DNA of 64,000 nt from positions 4,681-68,680 of the forward strand of contig JACPBS010000006.1 in assembly GCA_016180195.1 (NCBI GenBank). The letters run 5' to 3'. Origin of the DNA: Candidatus Woesearchaeota archaeon. GTDB lineage: Archaea; Nanobdellota; Nanobdellia; Woesearchaeales; UBA10216. Both the position numbers and the translations under genes were made by a program. Under the pieces are notes generated by a model. That model was not told the DNA's origin. It saw nothing but the letters and a program-made list of their open reading frames with translations, and searched no databases. This document shows positions 44,319 to 56,755 of this stretch, piece by piece (position 1 is the stretch's first letter; each line of letters opens with the position of its first letter).

Positions 44319-45023
44319 CTAGAAGAATCTCCTGAGATTTATTCCTTTGAAGGTTTCCGGCCTGCCGCCGTTCACGTTAACCAGGTGACTGCGTCCTTCG
44401 TCGCCATACTTGCCAAAGAAGTCATACACTGCGCCGCACACGACCAAGCTTCCGCTTTCAACCTTTTTCCTGATCAGGCCTAGCTGAAGAAGCCCGGCAA
44501 CCTGAAGATGGACATTTGCCTCTGAATATTTTGGAAGATAAGGTTCAGAATCCTTTCCTATGATATCCGATGCGTGTGCAAACAGGAACGCCATTGAGTT
44601 CATATCCTCAGAAACTGCATCATCGCAATTATTCGTCATCAGGCTTTTTTTCTTCCCCCTGGCGCTTTCAAGCGTAGCCTCCACAGCGTGCTCAAAATCC
44701 CGCGGCTCAAATTCCCTTTTCTGATTTTTCGCAAGCTTGTAAGCAGCCCCAACCGCGCCGCATCCAACATGCCCAACAACAACAGCCAGCCTGATTGAGT
44801 GCAGATGCTCTATAGGGTATGCTGCTGATCCGAGAAACCCTATTGATTGGTTGCCGATGTTCCTTGATACAAAAAGGTTGTTATGGGGCTGGCTCAAAAA
44901 ATCAACCGATTGTATCCTGGAATCGCTGCATAATATGGAAAAAGCTGCAGGAGTCTGGGTCTCGGGGGCCTTTTCCGACTTTTTCGAGAGAAACTCTGAA
45001 AGCAGCTGCTTGATATCATCCAT
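44319..45023 (-). CDS. Beta-class carbonic anhydrase
   Basis: CSDSR, SRNIGN and GHVGCGAV zinc-ligand motifs. Confidence 0.88.
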   Translation of the reverse strand: MDDIKQLLSEFLSKKSEKAPETQTPAAFSILCSDSRIQSVDFLSQPHNNLFVSRNIGNQSIGFLGSAAYPIEHLHSIRLAVVVGHVGCGAVGAAYKLAKNQKREFEPRDFEHAVEATLESARGKKKSLMTNNCDDAVSEDMNSMAFLFAHASDIIGKDSEPYLPKYSEANVHLQVAGLLQLGLIRKKVESGSLVVCGAVYDFFGKYGDEGRSHLVNVNGGRPETFKGINLRRFF

Positions 45024-45060
45024 GAAATTGGCCTGACAAGCACGTTTAAATATTTTATCC

Positions 45061-46104
45061 TCAGAACATTGAGCTGAAAAATCCTGCAGAAACGGCCATG
45101 AAAATCCTGTACATGACCAGGGAGCTGATAACATATATGGGGATGTATTTGAGCCCGCTTTTGATGTTGCCTGTGCTTATGATGGAGACTATCATTGCTG
45201 AAAAACCTGAAATTATGATAAGCGCATATTGGGAAAAGTCCTTGAACGTGTTCGAGTCAATGCTCATGCTTCCGAAACTTATGGGCATGCCCATTGACGT
45301 TGTCTGGGGCACGCTTGAAATCTTCTCGGACAGTCCCTGAAGAACCTGGAGAAACTGAAAAGACAGGGTGAAAAGAGCAGGCGTGACTATTATGACCACG
45401 AACGTTACGAATATCACGTAGCTCAGGTTGGTTGTCCTCATCTCAGCCTTCAGCTCCTTCATTTCCTCGATGTCCTCAATGATCTTGTCGATAAGGTCAG
45501 CTATCCTGCCGCCCCCCTTTATTCCTTCAATAATCAGGTCAAAAGCCCTTTTCACGATAGGAGAATCGTATTTTGACGTGAATTCCTGAATCGCATCCTC
45601 AATGTCCTGCCCAGTCATTACCTTTTTTGCAGCCAGCCTTACCTCAGCGGCAAGTATCCCGAATTCAGGCTTTATCGACGACCATAGAGCCTTTTCAAAG
45701 CTCATGCCCCCCTTAAGGTTTTCAGAGACAAACCTCAGAAAGTCAGGAAGCACGTCCTCCATTTTTTTCGTCCTGTTGTAAATTGAAACGTCAAGATAGA
45801 AATACAGCAAAACTCCGAAGGCGACCGAAAACAGGATCGGGAGGATGAACCATGTCACGCCGGAAATCAAGAAGATGTAAAGCACATCCATGAACTCGAG
45901 AGGGAACAGGCTCGAGAAGAAGGGGTAGACGCTGAAAGAGTAAATGAGAAATGTTATGAAGAGGTTGAAATAGAATACCTTCCCAAAAAAGTCATAAGGC
46001 ACTTCTGTGAAACCTGCCTTCAGGAAATATTCCCTTAGATGGGGCCTGAAGATTTTTGGGATGAATGCCTTCCCGAAGTTTTCTGGTGATTCCAGCCAGC
46101 CCAT
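45061..46104 (-). CDS. Type II/IV secretion platform protein (T2SSF, TadC/ArlJ-like)
   Basis: LPDFLRFVSENLKGGMSFEKAL; multiple TM helices. Confidence 0.88.
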   Translation of the reverse strand: MGWLESPENFGKAFIPKIFRPHLREYFLKAGFTEVPYDFFGKVFYFNLFITFLIYSFSVYPFFSSLFPLEFMDVLYIFLISGVTWFILPILFSVAFGVLLYFYLDVSIYNRTKKMEDVLPDFLRFVSENLKGGMSFEKALWSSIKPEFGILAAEVRLAAKKVMTGQDIEDAIQEFTSKYDSPIVKRAFDLIIEGIKGGGRIADLIDKIIEDIEEMKELKAEMRTTNLSYVIFVTFVVIIVTPALFTLSFQFLQVLQGLSEKISSVPQTTSMGMPISFGSMSIDSNTFKDFSQYALIIISGFSAMIVSIISTGNIKSGLKYIPIYVISSLVMYRIFMAVSAGFFSSMF

Positions 46105-46105
46105 C

Positions 46106-46870
46106 TTACAGCTCCATAGTGGGCCTGGAAGCCCTTATCATTATTATGAAAGTCATCTGCACAACAAAAAGGCCGAAAAGGGCGGCAAAAAAAGCGGACT
46201 TAGGAATAGCCAGGTTAAGGAAGCTGGCTATTATGAGGAAAAGGGATACGCCCAGCGAAGGGACAATGCATGCAACCACCATGTAGAAAAGCATCAGTGA
46301 ATTCAGCTTCTTCCCATACGCCTTGATCTCGATCATCTGCTCATTCGCAATTGACCGCAAAGTGCTTCTCAGGGCATCGGTCACTTCTGTCCCTGTTTTC
46401 ATGGCAGCCAGTATCTGCCAGAGGATTTTCTTGAACTTTTCAGAAGCATTATACTCGCGGCACCTCTCCAGTGCAACCTCTATCGGGGTGCCTGTCTCGA
46501 TGTCATGAACGATCTCCCTGAAGTATTTCGAGCTGACATTAAAGCTTTTCGAGGCATCAATAAGTGAATTGAACAGCGGAGATCCTGACTCAATCTTCAC
46601 GAGAAGAAACCTGCCTGAAAACAGGACTTCCCGCTCTATTTCCTTGCGCCGCCTGCTTATAATTCCCTTGGGGGTATTCATCATGAAAATCAATGTAAGG
46701 AGGAATGACAGGATGAACACTCCAATCAAGACAGGCACAACCATTATTCCCAATGCCCTTGAGAAACCTAAGAATGCAAATACGGAAAAAAATGCGGCAG
46801 AAACAAGCGATTTCTTCAAGTTATCCTTAACGAAATCTTCCGGGCTCTTAGCTAAATGGGCTATTCTCAT
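46106..46870 (-). CDS. Type II/IV secretion platform protein (T2SSF, TadB-like)
   Basis: IESGSPL...DIETGTPIEVAL; TM helices. Confidence 0.88.
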   Translation of the reverse strand: MRIAHLAKSPEDFVKDNLKKSLVSAAFFSVFAFLGFSRALGIMVVPVLIGVFILSFLLTLIFMMNTPKGIISRRRKEIEREVLFSGRFLLVKIESGSPLFNSLIDASKSFNVSSKYFREIVHDIETGTPIEVALERCREYNASEKFKKILWQILAAMKTGTEVTDALRSTLRSIANEQMIEIKAYGKKLNSLMLFYMVVACIVPSLGVSLFLIIASFLNLAIPKSAFFAALFGLFVVQMTFIIMIRASRPTMEL

Positions 46871-46929
46871 GTCCCTCCTAAGCCCCGGATTAGCCCTAAT
46901 TATCAGTCTTACAAAATCGATTTTCCCAC

Positions 46930-48381
46930 CTAAACCCTGAATTTTCCCGCATAATAATTCATCACGACAAGGCCTATCTTGTGGACGTCAGTCATATCAT
47001 TCTTTGCCATCCATTTCAGGACCCTGGTCTTGGATTCAAGGTCCTTCAAAATCTCTGCCTGTGAAAGGCCTGAATATAGCTCCAAGGTTTCATAGACCCT
47101 TTTCGGCTCCTTCACGCTTACAATGGAATCCTTCTGCACATTTAGTTGCATAATAACAGACTCCTCACCAGATTCATTGACCTCTGCAAGCTGAAGGGTC
47201 CTCCTGAAGCCTGTTCTCCTGTTCCTGTTCTGCACGAGAATCAGGGATAGTGAGCCCAGGACATGCCTTGGCACATTAATAGGGGGGTTTGTAAGCCTGG
47301 TTATTGTTTCCCTTGCGTTGTTCGCATGGAACGTGCCGTAAACGCTGTGACCTGTGTGCATCGCCTCAAAAAGCACCTCTGCTTCGCGCTGCCTCCTTAT
47401 CTCGCCAACCAAAATCCTGTCAGGCCTCATCCTCAGTGAATTGATCACAAGGTCAAGCATGGATACTTCTCCCTTGCCTTCCGGATTGGGAAGCCTGGTT
47501 TCCATGGGCACCCAATGCAGGTTCTTCGGCAGAGTAAGCTCGCGAGTATCCTCAATCGAGATTATCCTCTGGTTTGCAGGGAAGAAGTTTGCTATTGCAT
47601 TCAGCGTTGAAGTCTTTCCGGATCCCGTACCTCCTGCAACGATCATTGAGAGCTCATTCTGAATGGCAAGCCAAACAAAGGCTGCAGACTCGAATGACAG
47701 GGTGTTGCACTTGATCAGGTCGGTTATGGACCATGGCTTCTCGGAGAATTTCCTTATAGTGATGGTGTTGCCTTTGGTTGAAATAGGAAGCAGGGTTGCA
47801 TTGACCCTGTCCCCGGTCTTTAAGGAAGCGTCCATTAAGGGCTTGAGGAGCGTTATTTCCTTCCCCACATCCCTCCCGATCATCGTGGCGTAATGCCTTA
47901 TCCTGGCCTCGCTTGGTATCAATACATTTGTCTTCAGCCATCCATGGCTTCTGTGAAAGACCCAAACAGGCTCCTGACAGCTGTTGACCACGATCTCTTC
48001 AAGGTTTTTGTCTTTCAAAAGGATCTCAAGATTCCCAAGGCCTATATTCTGCTGTATAACATGATTCATCAGGAGATCTGCTGTCTTGTCGTCTATATTG
48101 GGAAAATATTTCTTGATCAGGATCATGATCTCCTCCTTGAAGCGCTCCTTGATGTCTTCAGCTGTATCGTCTCCAAGGTCACGAGATCCCACATTGATCC
48201 TTGAAATGAACTCCTCTCTTATCTTATTCAGAATGATGCTTGTAGTCCTGCTTATGTTCAGAATGGAGATGTTGTAAGTGGGAACAGATTCCTCAGGCTC
48301 CTGGTATATGTGCACATCAACCACAACCCCCCCTATTGAGAGGTTGTACGATTCCAAAAGCTGCGCCTCTTTTTCTGTCAA
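46930..48381 (-). CDS. Type IV pilus assembly ATPase (VirB11/CpaF/ArlI family)
   Basis: GGTGSGKTS, IEDTRE, LRMRPDRILVGEIR and HTGH...TFHA motifs. Confidence 0.94.
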   Translation of the reverse strand: MTEKEAQLLESYNLSIGGVVVDVHIYQEPEESVPTYNISILNISRTTSIILNKIREEFISRINVGSRDLGDDTAEDIKERFKEEIMILIKKYFPNIDDKTADLLMNHVIQQNIGLGNLEILLKDKNLEEIVVNSCQEPVWVFHRSHGWLKTNVLIPSEARIRHYATMIGRDVGKEITLLKPLMDASLKTGDRVNATLLPISTKGNTITIRKFSEKPWSITDLIKCNTLSFESAAFVWLAIQNELSMIVAGGTGSGKTSTLNAIANFFPANQRIISIEDTRELTLPKNLHWVPMETRLPNPEGKGEVSMLDLVINSLRMRPDRILVGEIRRQREAEVLFEAMHTGHSVYGTFHANNARETITRLTNPPINVPRHVLGSLSLILVQNRNRRTGFRRTLQLAEVNESGEESVIMQLNVQKDSIVSVKEPKRVYETLELYSGLSQAEILKDLESKTRVLKWMAKNDMTDVHKIGLVVMNYYAGKFRV

Positions 48382-48388
48382 CTTGTCC

Positions 48389-50614
48389 TCACACAGGCAT
48401 CTTTACAGAGGGGATGCCCATTGCCCTCAGCTTTTCGATCTTATCATGAAGCTCCTGCACGTCATTATCGGGCACTGGCTGGACAGATTTTACCCTGTCG
48501 AAATGCTCAATGAGCTGCTTGGATTCGGGTCTTGATGCCAGCTTTTTCCTAAGCACTGATAACTCATCCAAAACCTGTTTCGAGTCCTGGCTGTTCCCAT
48601 TAGCAGCCTTTTCCGTCTTCCTGATAAAATCGACCTCTTCAGCCAGGAAGATCACGTCCTCCCTTAGCTTAAGGTTTTCCTGTATAAACCCGATTGGAAG
48701 CTCGTTGAAAATCCGGATTATACGGCGGTATTCGGGCTCAAGCAACTCAAATCGCCCAAGCTCCACATTATGCCTGGACTCAACAAGCGCATTAAGGATC
48801 TGCCTGTACTTCTCGTAAACGTCAGTCTTGTTCGCTCTAAGGAATGTGATGTCCTTGTTGAGCGTGAGTTCCTTGTAAAGATCCAGCATCTTATGCCTGA
48901 TCCTGCTTTTCTCAACCATAAAGCCCTGTGGAAGGTCATTGTAAGCCCTAACTGCATGTGAATAAATATCCTCGGATAGACCAAGCTTACCTGCCTTGAT
49001 GCATTCGGTTGCCTCAGCTATCATCTTCTCGACATCAGCAGATTTGGCTTCCATAAGCCTGCGGATATGGATCTCTGACTTCGAAACCATGGATTGGTAA
49101 GCTTCTATTATGATGTTCTGAATATCGATTTTTTCCTTAACGAAACCCGCGGGCATTTTTGAAAATATCGCCTTAACGCTTTCGTAAGCCTCCTCTGCTT
49201 CCTTCACCTTTCCATCCTCCACGCAAGAACGCATCCTTGAAATCAGGCTCATTATGCTATTCCTGATTTCCTGAACCTCGCCAATGGATTTTTTTGAATA
49301 AGCTTCTGAAAGGCCCTGGCATATAGGCATAAGCCTCTGCTGGAGGTAAATCCGCTCATTTACAAAAACAGCCGGAATCTCCTCATAGACAGCCTTTGCG
49401 CTGGAATAATCCCTGATTGCCTCATCAATCCTGCCTTCCCTGACTTTCACTGAGATTGCCTGGATAAGGCTTTCGATATGAGATATCTTTGTATTCAATG
49501 CCTTTGTAATCAGTTCCTTTCTTTTTAGCGAAATTGCCTCGAATAATGAAAGTATCTGGCTTTCAAGCTCCCTTCGCTCCTTTACAAATGCGTTTGGCAG
49601 GCTTTCATATTGTTTCTTGATGGCGTAATATGACTCTTCAGCCCCAAAAAAGTCATTTCTTGCAAGAGCTTCCTTGACTTTTATAATCAGCGTGTTGATC
49701 TTTCTGGTACCTTCCCTCATCAATTCAATGGATTTGCGGTCCATCGTCATTGACAGGTCCTTGTTCAGCTTTACAAGGTTTTTTTCAAGCTCAAGCTTTT
49801 TCTCTGCAAAGTCAATCGGAAGGCGCGAGTACTCCTTCCTCAACTGCTCATAAACCTTCTGGGTTTCCTCAAGCTTGTTTTCCTTCAACAGCGTGTATGC
49901 CTTATCAAGGAGAAGCTTCGGCTCCGAATGAGGTTCAGGCCCTTTTTTAAGGCCCTCCTCGGATTTGATCGTGGCAGCAATCCTTTTTATGTCGTCCTTC
50001 ACTGTTATAAAAACCCTTTTGGCAAGATCAAGCCTTCCCTGCTGTGAAAGTGTACGTGCCTTTTCGATATTGGCATAAACATACTTTAATCTGTCTTCAA
50101 CTGCTGCCTTTCTTGTTCCTGACAGGTTTTCCTTCAGGACACCCAAACTCTCAATTATTGAGGACACGTCCTGTTCAGTTTGGATTTCTTTATCAGCCCC
50201 CAGAAAGAGGCCGGGTTCCTCTGCATCAGCCTTCGCTGCAGGCATTTTTTTAGCTTCAGGCAACGGGATGCTCATTGATTCAGCTGACTCCAACTTTTCA
50301 CCGGGCTCTGGAGCAAGATCATCCTTGGCAGCAGCATGGGCATCATTTTTAACATGCATCTTTTCAGGTTCACTTGCTTTTTCCGGAAAGCTTGGCTGGC
50401 CCTGCTTTGCTGCTGGAAGGGCAAGATACGGGTTTGTAAACTTGAATTTCATCTGGAGCATCCCTTCCTCTTCCAGAAAGGTTGCCCAATTCTCGACAGT
50501 TGCCACAGGAACCTTGAGCGATTTCGCTGCATCCGCAAGAGATATCTCCTTAACCTCCTGCAACAGGCTCATCAGAAGGTCGGCTGTAGTGTTTACATTA
50601 TCAGGCATGGTCAT
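48389..50614 (-). CDS. Pilus-locus protein: N-terminal winged HTH plus about six helical repeats
   Basis: Repeated Y-x6-[YF]-x2-[LIM]P-x2-F-x2-E motif. Confidence 0.75.
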   Translation of the reverse strand: MTMPDNVNTTADLLMSLLQEVKEISLADAAKSLKVPVATVENWATFLEEEGMLQMKFKFTNPYLALPAAKQGQPSFPEKASEPEKMHVKNDAHAAAKDDLAPEPGEKLESAESMSIPLPEAKKMPAAKADAEEPGLFLGADKEIQTEQDVSSIIESLGVLKENLSGTRKAAVEDRLKYVYANIEKARTLSQQGRLDLAKRVFITVKDDIKRIAATIKSEEGLKKGPEPHSEPKLLLDKAYTLLKENKLEETQKVYEQLRKEYSRLPIDFAEKKLELEKNLVKLNKDLSMTMDRKSIELMREGTRKINTLIIKVKEALARNDFFGAEESYYAIKKQYESLPNAFVKERRELESQILSLFEAISLKRKELITKALNTKISHIESLIQAISVKVREGRIDEAIRDYSSAKAVYEEIPAVFVNERIYLQQRLMPICQGLSEAYSKKSIGEVQEIRNSIMSLISRMRSCVEDGKVKEAEEAYESVKAIFSKMPAGFVKEKIDIQNIIIEAYQSMVSKSEIHIRRLMEAKSADVEKMIAEATECIKAGKLGLSEDIYSHAVRAYNDLPQGFMVEKSRIRHKMLDLYKELTLNKDITFLRANKTDVYEKYRQILNALVESRHNVELGRFELLEPEYRRIIRIFNELPIGFIQENLKLREDVIFLAEEVDFIRKTEKAANGNSQDSKQVLDELSVLRKKLASRPESKQLIEHFDRVKSVQPVPDNDVQELHDKIEKLRAMGIPSVKMPV

Positions 50615-50682
50615 GCTATAGCTATTTCTATGTGAACAAAAATCGCAATCTCATATTATAAAATTTATTGACTACTATAGAA

Positions 50683-51315
50683 TTACTGCTCTTCCTCTGC
50701 TTTTTCCTCTGCCGGAAGCTCTTCCGAAACCTTCAATATATTTCCTTTCAATACAACCTGTACGGATTTAATCTCGCAGGATCTTACCGGATAAACCTTC
50801 TTCAGGACCTGCTTTGCATTGGTCTGGAGCTTATTGCCAATCAGGGTCCTGACCAGGTCATCAAACGACACCTTCTTCACTTCGGAAGCAATATGTTCAT
50901 TAAGCATCTTCCTGAGCTTCTTTGAGATCAGCCCTTTCGCATATGCCTTTGTCAGAAGGAAGGGCTTTATCCTGGCCTTCTTTCCATCTGCAGTTTCGCA
51001 AACAAAAGAGCTATCTATCCTGGTCGCGCCCCTTCTTACGAGCCTCTTGATTGCAGCAGGCATTACCTCAAATGCTATGAGCTCACCGACAGCCTTGTCG
51101 TTTTCCACTTCGTTGATCACGAATTTCAGGCTGATATGCTGCTGTTTTATGTCATCAGTGAGGGTTGCCAGGTTGACTGAAATGATCCTTCCCTTAAGTT
51201 CGGAAGGGCTTGCAACAAGGCTTTCGCCAAGAACAGATTCATCAAAGCTTTTTGTAGCGGTTATTGTAACCCATTTTTTCTTTACAACCTTCAATGCCTG
51301 CTTCTGGTCAGCCAT
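50683..51315 (-). CDS. rps3ae: 30S ribosomal protein S3Ae (eS1)
   Basis: KKKWVTI, GRIISVNLATL, KRLVRRG..RID and KKVYPVR motifs. Confidence 0.93.
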   Translation of the reverse strand: MADQKQALKVVKKKWVTITATKSFDESVLGESLVASPSELKGRIISVNLATLTDDIKQQHISLKFVINEVENDKAVGELIAFEVMPAAIKRLVRRGATRIDSSFVCETADGKKARIKPFLLTKAYAKGLISKKLRKMLNEHIASEVKKVSFDDLVRTLIGNKLQTNAKQVLKKVYPVRSCEIKSVQVVLKGNILKVSEELPAEEKAEEEQ

Positions 51316-51365
51316 AAATTCAGGAAAAAATGCCTATTTATAAAGTTGATGGAAACGTTTTTTTT

Positions 51366-53273
<1,908 letters not shown>

Positions 53274-53376
53274 TTACAATAACGAAAAATAGGCTGATTA
53301 TTTATATATTTTTCGGTGCTTAAATCAGATATTTATCGACGATAAAAAGAATGATCGCGAAAAAATTTAATTCGGA

Positions 53377-54072
53377 CTATCTCAGGATAGATACCTTGTC
53401 AACAAGCCTGAGCTTCTTCACCATCAGGTATCCGGAGTACTTGTCCTCCATCACCTTCTCTGCCTCTTCCAGGATGATCCTTTTCTTGAAGATTGGGCCG
53501 TCACAGACAAATGTATCTGCATAACCTCCCTCGAACCCTATGTGGAACCCGTATTTCTGAGACCTCTTCTTGAGGTCCTCAAAAGTGGTCTTTGTTATCT
53601 GCTTGCCAAGCCATTCTGAACCCAGGCCCTCGCTGGCTACCTGCGTGATCCTGATGTCATAACCTTTCTTGATCATCTTCTCGATTATCTCCTCGTGGTC
53701 ATAGCCCGCGTGGCTTGCAAAAACCTCGGTCTTCGACGGCATGAGCGCCTTTTGCAAAGACCTTAGCTGGGTGACCTGGAGGCCGACCCCGCCGAGGATG
53801 AGAGCGTCAACCTTGTTCTTCTCGACAAATGACCTTACAATCTGTGCTTCCTGCTTTGGATTTGCGACATCGCAGCCCAAAAGGAAATGATTCAGGCCCA
53901 TTGCCTCCGCCTGCTGAGGCGTATGCTCGACAGTTGCATAATGGAAAAGATAACAGTCTGTTCTTGTAGGCTTAACCGAAAGAAGGTAGCTTATTTCCCA
54001 GCCCATGTGCTTCGCATAATCTATCGCAAAAGTGCTATCCTTCCCTCCAGAAAACATGATCGCAACTTTCAT
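53377..54072 (-). CDS. Diphthine-ammonia ligase (Dph6-like ATP-binding protein)
   Basis: MFSGGKDS PP-loop; EGGYADTFV.DGPIF. Confidence 0.9.
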   Translation of the reverse strand: MKVAIMFSGGKDSTFAIDYAKHMGWEISYLLSVKPTRTDCYLFHYATVEHTPQQAEAMGLNHFLLGCDVANPKQEAQIVRSFVEKNKVDALILGGVGLQVTQLRSLQKALMPSKTEVFASHAGYDHEEIIEKMIKKGYDIRITQVASEGLGSEWLGKQITKTTFEDLKKRSQKYGFHIGFEGGYADTFVCDGPIFKKRIILEEAEKVMEDKYSGYLMVKKLRLVDKVSILR

Positions 54073-54170
54073 GGGTATTGTCAACGCTAGGTTATTTATA
54101 AAAGTTTGGTTTTGATTCTCTATAAAAATTAAAGATAAGCTTATATCGTGAAAAAGCAACAAAGGTCAAA

Positions 54171-54542
54171 ATGAGAACATGGATTTTATTGCTGGCAGCT
54201 TTCCTTGTTGCAGGCTGCTCAGAAGTATCGGAAAACAGGACCGCGCTGCGGGACGAAGTAAAAATCACGGCCTCAGGATTTGACCCAGCCACGATAACGA
54301 TAAATTCCGGTGAATCTGTAACCTGGACAAATAGCGACACCAAACCACACTGGGTTGCCTCGGCAGCGCACCCAACCCATGACGAGTATCCTGAAAGGGG
54401 TGGATGCATCGGAAGCAAGTTTGACTCGTGCGGAAGCATAGGCCCCGGCGAATCATTCACTTTCGGGTTCAGCCGCAAAGGCTCCTGGAAGTACCATGAC
54501 CACCTCAATCCAGGCCTCACAGGAACGGTAGTTGTATCATGA
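54171..54542 (+). CDS. Cupredoxin-fold lipoprotein
   Basis: LVAGC lipobox; GFDPATITINSGESVTWTN, HWVAS and YHDHLNP...GTVVV motifs. Confidence 0.85.
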   Translation: MRTWILLLAAFLVAGCSEVSENRTALRDEVKITASGFDPATITINSGESVTWTNSDTKPHWVASAAHPTHDEYPERGGCIGSKFDSCGSIGPGESFTFGFSRKGSWKYHDHLNPGLTGTVVVS

Positions 54543-54883
54543 CATCCAGGGAAAAACTTGCATCGCTTGTTTTAAGGCTAGGCATTGCAATAGTTTTACT
54601 TTATTCTTCCATTTCCCTGATAGTTCAACAGGAGTCATGGGCGCGCCTGTCAGGTATTGAGTTGATAATAGAGCCGGAAAGCGCAATCCTGCTGTTTTTG
54701 CTTTTCCAAATACTGCTGTCGCTTTGGCTTGTTTCAGGCATTATGATTTTCGAGGCAGCAATCGTGTCAGCGGCAACGCTTTTGTTAATAACTCTCTTCA
54801 ATACAGGCTTTTTCGCCCGCGATGCCGCAATAATCTCAGGATCAATGGCGCTCATAGTGCTAAACCACAAGAAGAATCGATAA
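54539..54883 (+). CDS. DoxX-like membrane protein
   Basis: LRLGIA, LWLVSG and RDAAI; four TM helices. Confidence 0.7.
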   Translation: MTSREKLASLVLRLGIAIVLLYSSISLIVQQESWARLSGIELIIEPESAILLFLLFQILLSLWLVSGIMIFEAAIVSAATLLLITLFNTGFFARDAAIISGSMALIVLNHKKNR

Positions 54884-54885
54884 AT

Positions 54886-56517
54886 TCACACTTGTTCCAG
54901 CAGCCTCAAAGCCTTTTCCCCGAGGGCCAGGATGAAAGGAGCAAGTTTCGGCCCCCTGTCCCTGTTCAAAAGAACCAGGTAGCCTGCCCTGAAAAAATCC
55001 TTGGGTTCAATCCCGACTTCCCCCATGATGCTGTAGAATTCCTGGAAAAGAGTCTTCTCGTTCCACTCCTGCCCCGAATTCAATCTGCCCGCAACAAGCC
55101 TGATTGCCTCGATTTGCTTTTCAGTAAGCTCTGCAGAAAATCTTTCCTGAACCATGAACCGTTCGCTTTCGGGCGCATACATTTCAACCCATTCCCTGGC
55201 TTGCCTTAACCTTTCAAGAATCCGCTCCCTATGCTCCTCCTTCCACTGGCCGGTCTTCCTCAGGCTCTTCTCAAAACCATCCTCGCTTTCAAAAATCTGG
55301 CTTAGCATAACAGCATGGCTGAAACTCATTCCAATAGGCTCCTCGACACTCCCTTTCCTGTTTGAGAATTCATAGAGCCTCCTGATGTGGCTTGCCTCCT
55401 TTTCATTCTCAATCTGCTTAATCCCGAAAAAAACCCTTCCTGCGTCGTCATACTCGTCATAAAGCTGCGGGAGATCCTTCCAGGAAAAGCTTCTCGTCTT
55501 CATCAGGCGCTTGTTGTAGAAGAAAATAAGCAGCTGCGGCGTGGCAACCTTGAGCCAGTCATGAGGATAAACAACATTCCCGAGGGAGGCTGACATCTTG
55601 GCACCATCAATCATGAGGTGCTCATAAAATATAGGCTCCGGCGAAGGGAAATCAAGAATCAACTCCGAAATTTCCGCATTCACCCAGAACGCGCTGTTCG
55701 GGACTATGTATTCCTTCCCAGCCCCCTCACTGCAAATATTCCACAATGCCCATTCAGCAGCCCACTCACTCTTCCACATCAGCTTCCCGTTTCCCTTCAC
55801 AGGGTCGTTCTCGCCTTTGTGCCCGCAACCCTTTGCAACAGTGGACTCAAACATATAGTCCCTGCACGTGTAGCTCACAATGTTATCAGAAATCCCGCTA
55901 ACCTTTGCGGTCACTATCTTCCCGCAATTCTCGCATACAGGCGTCCACGGGCTCCAGGTCTTTTTCAACGGGTTCGTCCTGTACCTGTTCTGGATTTCCC
56001 TGATCTTATCAACCCTGGCGAGTATTTTTTTTATGTACGGGCCGAATTCCCCGTCAAGGTAGGTTTGCCTCGTGGAAAGCTTCTTCATGTCCTCGAAAAC
56101 AAACTCGTGAAGCACCTCGAAATATTTCTCCTTGTGGTGATCAGCATAGCTTTCATGGCATCCGTCAGGATCCGGTATGTCAGTAACCGAGAATCCGATA
56201 TACTTCTCATAGCTTTCAGGAACACCTTCGGGGACCTTCCTGAAGGGATCCATGTCCTCGGCAACCCATATGAATTCCGCCTTAACACCCGCTTCCTTGA
56301 GTGCCCTGAAAACAGATGCGCCCCTGATGGTGTCGCTCAGCCTGCCTATATGCAATACTCCTGAAATAGATGCTGAAGTCTTAACAACAAATTTCTCGAA
56401 CTTAGGCATTTCGCGGTCAACATACCTGAACTTCTTCCTGTTGATTATTCTTTCCGCAAGCTGATCTGCCCAGAAAAGGCTTGTTTCATCATCATTATTG
56501 TTTTTCTTACCGTCCAT
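54886..56517 (-). CDS. lysS: Lysine--tRNA ligase, class I
   Basis: FWAD, SISGVLHIG (HIGH-like), KMSASLGN, CENC and GPKLAPF motifs. Confidence 0.95.
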   Translation of the reverse strand: MDGKKNNNDDETSLFWADQLAERIINRKKFRYVDREMPKFEKFVVKTSASISGVLHIGRLSDTIRGASVFRALKEAGVKAEFIWVAEDMDPFRKVPEGVPESYEKYIGFSVTDIPDPDGCHESYADHHKEKYFEVLHEFVFEDMKKLSTRQTYLDGEFGPYIKKILARVDKIREIQNRYRTNPLKKTWSPWTPVCENCGKIVTAKVSGISDNIVSYTCRDYMFESTVAKGCGHKGENDPVKGNGKLMWKSEWAAEWALWNICSEGAGKEYIVPNSAFWVNAEISELILDFPSPEPIFYEHLMIDGAKMSASLGNVVYPHDWLKVATPQLLIFFYNKRLMKTRSFSWKDLPQLYDEYDDAGRVFFGIKQIENEKEASHIRRLYEFSNRKGSVEEPIGMSFSHAVMLSQIFESEDGFEKSLRKTGQWKEEHRERILERLRQAREWVEMYAPESERFMVQERFSAELTEKQIEAIRLVAGRLNSGQEWNEKTLFQEFYSIMGEVGIEPKDFFRAGYLVLLNRDRGPKLAPFILALGEKALRLLEQV

Positions 56518-56755
56518 TTTAAAAAAAGTTTGGAAGAAGAATTATAAATGTTTTTCTTTGTCGTGCTGTTCAACCGCTCTGAACTTAGCGAGAACAGAAT
56601 CTTCACTTCCGTTTGCAATAAATCGAATCTCTGTTCAACCCTAGCTTAAAACCATCCCCTGTCTGCTCGATCAGTTCGGAGAACATACTGAAGTATACAT
56701 CAAACTCTTTTGGTTTCAAGGCGAAATAATCCACTCTTTTCATCGTTGAATAAAG

